Assembly (NCBI GenBank): GCA_035764385.1
Contig: DASTZI010000074.1
Coordinates: 1 to 58,208, forward strand
Direction: 5' to 3'
Length of the DNA: 58,208 nt
Source: Vicinamibacterales bacterium
GTDB taxonomy: Bacteria; Acidobacteriota; Vicinamibacteria; Vicinamibacterales; UBA2999
Of this stretch, positions 18,735-26,677 are shown in pieces (positions within the stretch are counted from its first letter, which is position 1; the number at the start of each line of letters is the position of its first letter). The notes below the pieces were generated by a model. That model had not been told where the DNA came from, did not search any database, and saw only the letters and a list, made by a program, of their open reading frames with translations. Position numbers and translations under genes: made by a program.

Positions 18735-18850
18735 AAATCCCAAGCCCCAAATCCCAAACCCCAAATCAAAACCTGCGTGGGGAGCTTGAGATTTCGAGAC
18801 TTGGGGATTCGACTTTGGGATTTGGGGCTTGGGATTTGGGATTTGGGATT
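18735..18850. repeat. Inverted repeat built from GGGATTT-type heptads
   Basis: AAATCCCAAGCCCCAAATCCC (18735-18755) is the perfect reverse complement of GGGATTTGGGGCTTGGGATTT (18817-18837). The right arm continues as GGGATTTGGGATTT to 18850. There are 5 G-tracts on plus and 4 C-tracts in the left arm. Confidence 0.9.
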
Positions 18851-18992
18851 TATATTTCCGCCCATGCCTTCCAAACGGAGACCCGCATCCCGGCGAGTTC
18901 GGAAAACCCCGCCGGCTCGACGGGACAAGCGGCCGGCCAGCGCGCGCGGCGCAGATAAGCAGAAAACGGCGGCGGATTCAAAGCGGCGACCC

Positions 18993-19394
18993 ATGGAGAG
19001 CGGGCTCTCGCCGGAAATGCAGACGCTCAATGCCTACCTGGCGGTCGCTAACGTCAACGCTTCTATCGAGTTTCTCGAGCGGGCGTTCGGTTTCAGCCGC
19101 GGCGTCGTGCTCGCCGGCACGGACGGCCAGCCTCGCTACGCTGAGATGCGCCATGGCGATTCGGTCGTGATGTTGATCCCCAAGGGCGACTCGACAACCG
19201 CGAGCGGCGGAGCGCCGGCGCTCTATACCTATGTCGGCGACGTGGACAAGGCATTGACGAAGGCGCGCACGGCGGGAGCTGGCGTGTCGGAAGCGGAGGA
19301 TCGTCCGTGGGGCGACCGAACAGCGACCGTCACCGACCCTGACGGCTACCGTTGGGTGCTCGCGACGTTCAAGAAACTCGTTCCCTTTGGTTAG
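18993..19394 (+). CDS. VOC (glyoxalase/bleomycin-resistance fold) family protein
   Basis: Contains LNAYLAVANVNASIEFLERAFGF......YAEMRHGDSVVML...WGDRTATVTDPDGYRWVLATF. The start is uncertain: ATG at 18864, 18993 or 19017. The track start at 18777 lies inside the repeat. Confidence 0.75.
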   Translation: MESGLSPEMQTLNAYLAVANVNASIEFLERAFGFSRGVVLAGTDGQPRYAEMRHGDSVVMLIPKGDSTTASGGAPALYTYVGDVDKALTKARTAGAGVSEAEDRPWGDRTATVTDPDGYRWVLATFKKLVPFG

Positions 19395-19470
19395 TGGTTG
19401 GTCGTTGGTGGTTGGTGGCAAACCACCAACCGTCAACCACTAACCAACTACGAACCACCAACCACCGACA
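19389..19470. repeat. Inverted GGTTGGT/AACCACC heptad repeat forming a long hairpin between convergent genes
   Basis: Left arm GGTTAGTGGTTGGTCGTTGGTGGTTGGTGG (19389-19418), loop CAAA, right arm CCACCAACCGTCAACCACTAACC.. (19423-19446), then AACCACC-type heptads to about 19470. About 24 paired positions, with 1 mismatch and 3 G-T pairs. Confidence 0.85.
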
Positions 19471-20587
19471 GGTAGCACTCCTCGTACATCGGAACGATCT
19501 TCTCGGCGCAGAATTCCTCACGTACCCGGGTGCAAGCGGCCTGTGCAATGACACGATGCTTTTCGCGATCGCGCAACAGCATCACGCCGCTGGCGGCCAT
19601 CTCATCTAGCGCTTCAGGCGGATGGAGAAATCCGCTCACGCCGTGTTCGATGACCTCGGGCAGCCCTCCGACCCGCGATGCGATGACCGGCACCTCGCAC
19701 GCCATCGCTTCGAGTGCAGCGAGCCCGAAGCTTTCCTGCGCCGATGGCAATAGGAATAGATCGGCGATCGACAGCAGCGGCACTACCTCTTCTTGTGCGC
19801 CGAGCGAATGCACCAGCGTGGCAATACCGAACTCTCGCGCGAGGCGGTATGCCGTCGCCAGCTCGGGACCGTCGCCGACGAGGAGCAGATGCGCCGGCAC
19901 CTCACGGCGGATGCGATCGAAGACGGCCATCACGGCATCGATCCGCTTGACCGGCCTGAAATTCGAGACGTGGATGACGATCTTCGCGCTTTCGTCTTTG
20001 CCGACGTACCGTTTGCGGAGATCACCGACATGCTGTCGCCGATGAATGCCGCAATCCAGGAAGTTCGGGATCACCGAGATCTCGCGCTTGACGCCGAGCT
20101 GCTCGTAGGTGGACGCACGAAGGCTTCTGGAAACCGCGGTCACGAGGTCGGATTGTTCGATTGAGAACGCGACGATTTCCGAATACGACGGATCGCTGCC
20201 GACGAGCGTGATGTCCGTCCCATGCAGCGTCGTCACCACGCGGGGCGCATTGCCGCCGTGCGCGCCGACCACCTGCCGCGACAGAAAGCCGGCGGTCGCA
20301 TGCGGGATGGCGTAGTGTGCGTGAATGACGTCGAGGCTGAATTCGCGTGCGACCTGCACAATCTTGTTCGACAGCGAGAGCAGGTACTGCGGTTCGCGGA
20401 ACAACGGATAGGTTGGCGTGAGTACTTGGTGAAACGAGAGCCCAGCCTGAAACTCGCCCAGCCGGAACGGCGTTTCCGTGCTGATGAAATGCACCTGGTG
20501 GCCGCGGCGCGCAAGCGCCTTCCCCAGCTCGGTGGCGACGATGCCGCTGCCGCCCACCGAGGCGTAACAGATGATTCCGATATTCAT
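19448..20587 (-). CDS. bshA: N-acetyl-alpha-D-glucosaminyl L-malate synthase (GT4)
   Basis: Begins MNIGIICYASVGGSGIVATELGKALARRGHQVHFISTETPFRL, a characteristic BshA N-terminus. GT4 C-terminal motif SAQESFGLAALEAMACEVPVIASRVGGLPEV. Confidence 0.85.
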   Translation of the reverse strand: MNIGIICYASVGGSGIVATELGKALARRGHQVHFISTETPFRLGEFQAGLSFHQVLTPTYPLFREPQYLLSLSNKIVQVAREFSLDVIHAHYAIPHATAGFLSRQVVGAHGGNAPRVVTTLHGTDITLVGSDPSYSEIVAFSIEQSDLVTAVSRSLRASTYEQLGVKREISVIPNFLDCGIHRRQHVGDLRKRYVGKDESAKIVIHVSNFRPVKRIDAVMAVFDRIRREVPAHLLLVGDGPELATAYRLAREFGIATLVHSLGAQEEVVPLLSIADLFLLPSAQESFGLAALEAMACEVPVIASRVGGLPEVIEHGVSGFLHPPEALDEMAASGVMLLRDREKHRVIAQAACTRVREEFCAEKIVPMYEECYLSVVGGS

Positions 20588-21342
20588 GACCGGTCAGTGG
20601 CGGGCGGGTCCTTTTGGACCCGCCATTCGCGAAGCAAATGCGGACGGAGCACCGGCTCACGAATCATGAATCCCTCGGCGAAGTCGACACCTGCCAGCAC
20701 GCCGAACTGCGCATCGCGGCTCTCGATGAGCGTCATGAAACGCGGCGACGTCAGCCGTGTCTGCACTGCGCCTGCGCTCGGGGGACGAAACTGACTTGCG
20801 TGGCATGCGAGCGCACGCCGCTTGGTCTCGTACTGTTGGCTCACATCGACCACAAACGATGGCTGCGTCGATTCGTTGATGAAGTAGTAGGACGTCATCT
20901 CCGGTTTCCACGGTTCGCCCTGGGCGTTGAACCGTCGCAAGCCGGCGTTGAAGATCGCCTCGGTCAAGACGCGGCTGGCGGCCTCGTGATCCGGATGTCG
21001 ATCCGACCAGTACGGCAGAGCGATCGCCCTCGGGCGAACCTGACGGATTAACTCCGTCGCCGCCAGACTCTGTTTGGGCTCGCTGCCAATCGCGCGATCG
21101 GGCCAGCGCAGGTTCAGCCTCCACACTGCGCCCAGCACTTTGCGCGCGTCTTCGGCTTCGGCCAGTCGCTCCTCGACCGTGCCGTTGCTGCCCATTTCGC
21201 CGGCGGTGAGGTCGCATAGTCCGACGCGCAGTCCCATGGCCGCGTGCTTCGCGACGGTACCTCCGGCGCCAATCTCGAGATCATCGGGGTGCGGGCCGAA
21301 CACGAGCAGGTCAACTGGTTCGAGCGTTCGTGTGGGTTCCAT
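20584..21342 (-). CDS. bshB1: LmbE/PIG-L family deacetylase, BshB1-like
   Basis: Contains DLLVFGPHPDDLEIGAGGTVAKHAAMGLRVGLCDLTAGEMGSNGTVEERLAE. Four-nt overlap with bshA. Confidence 0.8.
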   Translation of the reverse strand: MEPTRTLEPVDLLVFGPHPDDLEIGAGGTVAKHAAMGLRVGLCDLTAGEMGSNGTVEERLAEAEDARKVLGAVWRLNLRWPDRAIGSEPKQSLAATELIRQVRPRAIALPYWSDRHPDHEAASRVLTEAIFNAGLRRFNAQGEPWKPEMTSYYFINESTQPSFVVDVSQQYETKRRALACHASQFRPPSAGAVQTRLTSPRFMTLIESRDAQFGVLAGVDFAEGFMIREPVLRPHLLREWRVQKDPPATDRS

Positions 21343-21362
21343 GAACTCGTCGTTCCATGAAT

Positions 21363-21390
21363 ACGTAGAGGCGGACGTTTCCGCCTACGT
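21363..21390 (-). terminator. Hairpin downstream of the FAD oxidoreductase gene (possible terminator, no U-tract)
   Basis: ACGTAGAGGCGG-ACGTTT-CCGCCTACGT forms a 10-bp stem with one bulged A. It lies between the oxidoreductase stop (21393) and the bshB1 start (21342). Confidence 0.35.
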
Positions 21391-21392
21391 AC

Positions 21393-22610
21393 CTACCTCG
21401 TGAACCCCCACACGGCGTCCTCTTTCTCTGCAGCGCCCTGAGCAGCGCGCGCGAGCATTCGTGCCGCGAGAAACGCGCCCGTCACGGAATCGCCGCCGCC
21501 GCCGAGCGCGAACAGGTGGTGCGGGTAGTTGCGATGAGGACCGATGTACATCAGGCCGTCGGCCGTTTCGCCTGTGATCAATTCCCAGCCGTACTCCGGC
21601 ATGAGCCCCGAGATCGCCGGAAACATCGTCAGCAGCTCGTACATCAATTGACCCGTGCGCTGCACGAGAACCTCGGGCCGCTTTCGCACCGGCGTCTCGT
21701 CCTGCGTGGCTCCCGCCACGAGAATGCGATCGTCGTCGGTCCAGCGCACCCGACGGTGTGGATTGCGCGTGTCACGGAACGTGGTATCGCGCGCGCCAAA
21801 CTGCTTTCGGATCGGCGCCGGCATGGGCTCAGTGAGCACGAGGTAGCTTTCGCAGCGCTTGAAGTGGCGGCGAAGCTGCCGAAACTCGAGCGTTGCCGTA
21901 CCCGTAGTCACGATTGCCGTCGATGCGCGAATCGTTCCGCCCTCGACAATCACATCGACATACTTCCTCGTGAACTTGACGCTCTTCACCGGTGACTTTT
22001 CACAAATCAGCGCCCGTCTCGCTGCCGCGGCGGCGGCGAGACCGAGGGATGCACGATACGGATCGAACGTGAACGCGTCACGCATGCGTATGGCCGCTGG
22101 TGCTTCGGGGGCTGTCAGCTTCCCGAGCAGCTTCCTCGTCAGCCATGTCGACTCGACGCCGGCCTTCGACCGCGCCTCGAAGTCGCGCCGGAGCGGTTTT
22201 TCATCATCACGGTCCGCGATGATGAGCGGGATGACAGGCTCCAACCCGCACTTGATGTTCAGACGACGCAGCAGCGCGGTTCCATCCAGCGCGGCGTGCC
22301 GCCAGCTCTCGAACGCAATCCGTGCGGCACGAAGGCCGTGCGCCTGCTCGATATCGCGAAAGGCCGGACCCGGTTCCGGCAACAGCAAGCCAGCGCTGCG
22401 GCCGGCACTGCCTCGTCCGACACGTTCGGCTTCGAGAACGATCGTCTTGAGGCCCGCGGCGGCGCAGGCATAGGCGGTCGCGCTGCCGGTGAGCCCGGCG
22501 CCAATGATCGCCACGTCGAACGTGTGGTTGCCGCGCAGACGTGCGTAATCAGGAACGCGTGATGCGGGAAACCGATCAATCCAGGGTGAGATGCCGTAAC
22601 GCGTGCGCAA
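21393..22610 (-). CDS. FAD-dependent oxidoreductase (DAO family)
   Basis: Dinucleotide-binding motif DVAIIGAGLTGSATAYACAAAGLKTIVLE. The apparent TTG start directly follows the stop of the upstream gene. Confidence 0.8.
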   Translation of the reverse strand: MRTRYGISPWIDRFPASRVPDYARLRGNHTFDVAIIGAGLTGSATAYACAAAGLKTIVLEAERVGRGSAGRSAGLLLPEPGPAFRDIEQAHGLRAARIAFESWRHAALDGTALLRRLNIKCGLEPVIPLIIADRDDEKPLRRDFEARSKAGVESTWLTRKLLGKLTAPEAPAAIRMRDAFTFDPYRASLGLAAAAAARRALICEKSPVKSVKFTRKYVDVIVEGGTIRASTAIVTTGTATLEFRQLRRHFKRCESYLVLTEPMPAPIRKQFGARDTTFRDTRNPHRRVRWTDDDRILVAGATQDETPVRKRPEVLVQRTGQLMYELLTMFPAISGLMPEYGWELITGETADGLMYIGPHRNYPHHLFALGGGGDSVTGAFLAARMLARAAQGAAEKEDAVWGFTR

Positions 22611-22940
22611 CTAGGCGGTCTCCGCGACGTGTCGTGCAGCGAGCTCGAGAACCGGCGCAAGACGATGAGCGTCCCGCGCGGTCCGCGGAACGTACTTAAT
22701 CCACGCCTTGCTCGGCCTGCCCCGGCGTGTGAATGGAGTGGCGTTGCCGCGCCGAAGCTCTTCCCTGGCGAACTGCGCGGGAAGCTTCACGATCAATCCG
22801 TCTTCGACGAGACAGACAAACATCTTCCGGCCAGCGTAGCCGGCCGGAAGACCGAACATGCGACCTCGTCGAAGGCCGCGGTGATGTTCGATGAAATCCG
22901 TAAGAAAAGGTTGAAGATCGGCTCGAAACGCAATCGGCAC
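22611..22940 (-). CDS. Small TfoX N-terminal-domain-like protein (function uncertain)
   Basis: This is the C-terminal 109 codons of track ORF 22611..23816, taken from GTG at 22940. Reads VPIAFRADLQPFLTDFIEHHRGLRRGRMFGLPAGYAGRKMFVCLVEDGLIVKLP.... The rest of that track ORF is antisense to ada. Confidence 0.5.
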   Translation of the reverse strand: MPIAFRADLQPFLTDFIEHHRGLRRGRMFGLPAGYAGRKMFVCLVEDGLIVKLPAQFAREELRRGNATPFTRRGRPSKAWIKYVPRTARDAHRLAPVLELAARHVAETA

Positions 22941-22960
22941 GCAGACGAAGCGATTGTAAG

Positions 22961-24064
22961 TTATTGCTTTTCCTTCTGCAGCAGTTTGCGTTTTCGCTCG
23001 GTGCCCCAGCGGTAACCGCCGAGTCCGCCGTCCTTCTGCACCACGCGGTGGCACGGGATGACGAGACAGACGTGGTTGGTCGCACAGGCGCGTGCGACCG
23101 CGCGAACGGCCCTGGGCGCGCCAATCCCCTTGGCGACGTCGGCATAGGCGCGCGTTTCGCCATAGGGAATCGACTGCAGGTACCGCCACACCTTCCACTG
23201 AAACGCGGTCGCCTTGACATCGAGCGGTAGCTCGAGGCTCGGCGCCCGCCCATCCAGATGCGCGATGAGGGCGCGCACCCATTGTGCGAACGCACCACGT
23301 TCGCGCTGAATCGTCGCAGAGGGATACTCGGCCCGCAGATCCTCCTCGAGCTCTTTGTCGCGGTCGCCGAGCTTCACGGAACACAGTCCCTTGTCGGTAC
23401 CCGCGACGAGCAATCGCCCGAGTGCGGAATCGACGATCGTGAACGAAATTGACGCGCCTGTTGCACCGCGCCGGTAGTGGCCCGGGGTCATGCCGCGGCC
23501 GGTCGGATGCTGCTCGTACACCCGGCTGCTCGATCCGTACCCGGCATCGTAGATCGCGGCGCTGAGCGGCTTGCCATTGCGCAGGTCCCCGCGGAAGCGG
23601 CGCGCGCGGAGCGCGTCCTGGTATGCCCGCGGCGAGACGCCGAGCAGCTGCGAGAAGGTCCGCTGGAGGTGAAACGGGCTTGTGCCGACGTGAGAGGCAA
23701 TCGCGCCAAGCGTCAGCGCCTGGTCCGCGTGGGACGCGATGAAATCCGTCGCTTTGCGGACGTGATCGATCGCGGGTGGACGCGGCGCGCCGCCTCGCGG
23801 GCGGCAGCGGCGGCATTCACGAAAGCCCGCGATCTCCGCCGAATCTGCCGTCGTGAAGAAGACCACCGATTGGCGCTTCGGCCGCCGGCTTGGACAGCTC
23901 GGCCGGCAGTAGACACCCGTCGAACGCACGGCGTAGACGAACCGGCCATCGCTATGCGCGTCGCGCGCGAGAACGGCGCGCCACCGTGAGTTATCTGAAA
24001 CCGGCTTGGTTCCGTTGAGGTTCATGATCGCGAGTGCGGTATCCGCAGCAAGTGCATGTGTCAT
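22961..24064 (-). CDS. ada: Ada-type fusion: methylphosphotriester Zn domain + AraC HTH + O6-methylguanine-DNA methyltransferase
   Basis: N-terminal YCRPSCPSRRPK...FRECRRCRP (Cys4 Zn site), AraC HTH HVGTSPFHLQRTFSQLLGVSP, and MGMT active site IPCHRVV. Confidence 0.88.
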   Translation of the reverse strand: MTHALAADTALAIMNLNGTKPVSDNSRWRAVLARDAHSDGRFVYAVRSTGVYCRPSCPSRRPKRQSVVFFTTADSAEIAGFRECRRCRPRGGAPRPPAIDHVRKATDFIASHADQALTLGAIASHVGTSPFHLQRTFSQLLGVSPRAYQDALRARRFRGDLRNGKPLSAAIYDAGYGSSSRVYEQHPTGRGMTPGHYRRGATGASISFTIVDSALGRLLVAGTDKGLCSVKLGDRDKELEEDLRAEYPSATIQRERGAFAQWVRALIAHLDGRAPSLELPLDVKATAFQWKVWRYLQSIPYGETRAYADVAKGIGAPRAVRAVARACATNHVCLVIPCHRVVQKDGGLGGYRWGTERKRKLLQKEKQ

Positions 24065-24124
24065 GACGCAACGATATGCGTCCCGGCCAATCGCAATCTA
24101 TCCGCTGCTTGCGGTCGTTATAAC

Positions 24125-26581
24125 ATGCCGAGCAGCATGCGCCGTTTCCTCAAGGTCCTGCTGATCGCGCTCGTCGGGATTCTGGTCGCCGGCATTGCGG
24201 GTGCGTTCTGGGCGCGCGGCCAACTCCGGGCCAGCCTGCCACAACTCGACGGCTCGCGGCAGGTCGCCGGATTGAGTGCGCCGGTTTCTATCCAGCGCGA
24301 CCACCTCGGCATCCCGTCAATCCGCGGCGCCACGCGTGAAGACGTTGCCCGGGCCCTGGGCTTTCTGCACGCCCAGGATCGCTTCTTTCAGATGGACCTT
24401 GCGAGACGTCGCGCGGCGGGCGAGTTGGCGGCACTCATCGGCGTTCGCGCAATCGCGCTCGACCGCGAGATCCGCGTGCATCGTTTCCGCGATGAAGCCG
24501 AACGCGTCCTGAAACTGCTGACGCCTGCCAATCAACGCATCATGGAGGCGTATACCGCAGGGGTCAACAGCGGCCTTGATTCGCTCGCTGCGCCGCCGTT
24601 CGAGTACCTCGTCCTTCGGCAGCAACCGCGGCGATGGCTCGTCGAGGACTCCTTCCTCGTCGTCTTGTCAATGTTCATCACGTTGCAGGACACCGACGGC
24701 TCCTACGAATCGACGCTTGGGACGATGCATGACGTGCTGCCGCAGGCGATGTTCGAATTCCTCGCGCCAAAAGGAACCGAATGGGATACGCCCGTCGTCG
24801 GCGAAAGCTTCAGCACGCCTCCCATTCCAGGCGCGGACGTTTACAACCTCCGGTCGAGCCGTGTTGGGCGGGCGACGCCGCCGCAGCCGGAACGTCTGGC
24901 GCGCCTGGAGACTTGGGATTTGGGACTTGGGATTTGGGATTTGGGATTTGCCGCTCGCTCCGCGCTCGGCAGCAACAACTGGGCAGTTTCCGGCGCGCTC
25001 ACATCTGACGGCCGTGCCATCGTCGCCAACGACATGCATCTGGCCATCCGCGTGCCGAACACCTGGTATCGCGCGTCGATGGAATGGCCCGATCCGACCG
25101 GGAAAGATCCGCACGTTCTCATGGGCGTCACGCTCCCCGGCGTGCCTGCGCTCGTGGCCGGTAGCAACACGCATATCGCCTGGGGGTTCACGAATACGTG
25201 GGCGGACTGGGGCGACCTGATCGAACTGGAGGTGGACCCCGCAAATGCGAACCGGTACCGGACACCTGACGGATGGCGTGACTTTGAAAGGTTCGATGAA
25301 ACGATTGCGGTCGCGGGCGCTCCGGCGCAACACGAGCAGGTCAGGTGGACCATCTGGGGTCCCGTGCTGGGCTCCGACCATCGCGGACGACTGCGCGCGT
25401 ACGCCTGGGTAGCACATGCCGGCGATCGGCTCGCGACGACGATCACGCCACTCGAATCGGCGCAGACGATCGAGGAGGCGTTCGACCAGGCGAACGGCCT
25501 CGGAACGCCCGGACAGAATCTGGTTGTGGCCGATCGCAGCGGCCGCATTGGCTGGTCCGTATACGGGGCCATTCCGCGTCGGATTGGCGAGGATGGCGTG
25601 CTCCCCTCGTCGTGGGCCGATGGAACGCGAGGCTGGAAAGGGTGGCTTGACCGCGCGGAGTATCCCCGCATCCTCAATCCGCCAGGCGGTCGTATCTGGA
25701 CTGCGAACGCTCGAGTTGTGGACGGAGAGATGCTGGCGAAACTCGGCGACGGCGGATACGAAGTGGGGACGCGCGCTCGCCAGATTCGCGATCGCCTGAT
25801 GGCCCGCGATCGATTCACGGCTCGCGACATGCTCGACATCCAGATGGATGCGAGTTCTCGATTCCTCGATCGCTGGCGGACGTTGCTGCTGGACACGCTG
25901 ACGCGAGAGGCGCTCGCCGGCCACGCGAACCGTGCCGAGCTGCGTCGGCTTCTGGATACCAGCTGGAGCTGGCGCGCCGCACCCGATTCAGCCGCGTACG
26001 CGTTCGTGCATCGCTTTCGCGATCTTCTCTCGCAGCGGGTCATCGAGTTCGTGCTGTCGGAATGCTATGAAGCTGATCGGACGTTTGACTACGAGACGGT
26101 ACGGCGCCGTGAGGGGCCGATCTGGAAACTCGTGCACGAAAAGCCGATGCATCTGCTCGATCCGCGATATGCGTCGTGGGACGACCTGATCCTTGCGACG
26201 GTCGACGAGGTGATCGCCGAGACGATTCAACGAGGATCATCGGCACTCGGTGAACACAAGTGGGCCGAGTACAACGTGACGATGTTCCGGCATCCGTTGT
26301 CGGCGGCAATCCCACTCGCCGGCCGATGGCTGGACATGCCTGCGCGGCCACTCGCTGGTGACCTGTACACGATTCAGGTGCACTCGGGATCGATCGGCGC
26401 GTCAGACCGGATGGTCGTCTCGCCTGGGCACGAGAAGGAAGGCATCATGCACATGCCGACCGGACAAAGCGGCAACCCACTCTCGCCGTTCTATGCAAAT
26501 TCCCACGAGGCCTGGGTGAACGGCGACCCGACGCCGTTCGTTCCCGGCCCCGCCGAGTACTCATTGACACTGACACCGTAG
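24125..26581 (+). CDS. Penicillin acylase family Ntn hydrolase (possibly an acyl-homoserine-lactone acylase type)
   Basis: ATG at 24125 (MPSSMRRFLKVLLIALVGILVAGIAGAF anchor/signal). Contains HLGIPSIRG...GFLHAQDRFFQMD. Beta-chain nucleophile context GSNNWAVSG...ANDMHL. Confidence 0.88.
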   Translation: MPSSMRRFLKVLLIALVGILVAGIAGAFWARGQLRASLPQLDGSRQVAGLSAPVSIQRDHLGIPSIRGATREDVARALGFLHAQDRFFQMDLARRRAAGELAALIGVRAIALDREIRVHRFRDEAERVLKLLTPANQRIMEAYTAGVNSGLDSLAAPPFEYLVLRQQPRRWLVEDSFLVVLSMFITLQDTDGSYESTLGTMHDVLPQAMFEFLAPKGTEWDTPVVGESFSTPPIPGADVYNLRSSRVGRATPPQPERLARLETWDLGLGIWDLGFAARSALGSNNWAVSGALTSDGRAIVANDMHLAIRVPNTWYRASMEWPDPTGKDPHVLMGVTLPGVPALVAGSNTHIAWGFTNTWADWGDLIELEVDPANANRYRTPDGWRDFERFDETIAVAGAPAQHEQVRWTIWGPVLGSDHRGRLRAYAWVAHAGDRLATTITPLESAQTIEEAFDQANGLGTPGQNLVVADRSGRIGWSVYGAIPRRIGEDGVLPSSWADGTRGWKGWLDRAEYPRILNPPGGRIWTANARVVDGEMLAKLGDGGYEVGTRARQIRDRLMARDRFTARDMLDIQMDASSRFLDRWRTLLLDTLTREALAGHANRAELRRLLDTSWSWRAAPDSAAYAFVHRFRDLLSQRVIEFVLSECYEADRTFDYETVRRREGPIWKLVHEKPMHLLDPRYASWDDLILATVDEVIAETIQRGSSALGEHKWAEYNVTMFRHPLSAAIPLAGRWLDMPARPLAGDLYTIQVHSGSIGASDRMVVSPGHEKEGIMHMPTGQSGNPLSPFYANSHEAWVNGDPTPFVPGPAEYSLTLTP
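24912..24950 (+). repeat. GGGATTT-type heptad repeat inside the acylase CDS (in frame, 39 nt)
   Basis: cttgggatttgggacttgggatttgggatttgggatttg translates as TWDLGLGIWDLGFA. It has five G3 tracts and belongs to the same family as 18817-18850 and 39980-40005. Confidence 0.9.
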
Positions 26582-26673
26582 GTCCACCTGAAGGTGGACC
26601 CCACCGCAACGGTTTGACCGGTGGGGCCGCAACTGCGGCGGCCGAACCGGTGGGGTCCGTTTTCAGCCGGACC
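26581..26673. terminator. Cluster of hairpins in the convergent intergenic region
   Basis: GGTCCACC-TGAA-GGTGGACC (26581-26600) directly follows the acylase stop. CCCCACCG..CGGTGGGG spans 26599-26626 and GGTCCG..CGGACC spans 26654-26673. There are no clean U-tracts. Confidence 0.4.
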
Positions 26674-26677
26674 TGGC

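Noticed and set aside
18735-18850. CRISPR array or telomere-like repeat interpretation of the GGGATTT / AACCACC arrays
   Set aside because: The units are 7 nt and directly abutting, with no spacers and no cas genes. The arrays are 25-40 nt long. There is no linear-replicon context, and the unit does not match a known telomere repeat exactly.
18777-18992. N-terminal extension of the VOC ORF (MGSLRFRDLGIRLWDLGLGIWDLGF...) and the MGF extension of the small oxidase ORF at 39997
   Set aside because: Both extensions are translations of the GGGATTT repeat itself. The same peptide appears wherever the repeat is read in that frame, so they are not evidence of coding. A start at 18864, which gives a very basic tail, cannot be excluded.
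22611-23816. 401-aa minus-strand ORF spanning the Ada region
   Set aside because: Only its last 109 codons look like a real (TfoX-like) gene. The upstream 290 codons run in an alternative frame of the ada gene, which has clear Ada/AraC/MGMT motifs.
24065-24124. Ada-box operator upstream of ada
   Set aside because: I looked for AAT-N6-GCAA / AAAGCGCA-like boxes. Only loose resemblances are present (ATAACGACCGCAA on the ada sense strand), which is not enough to call.
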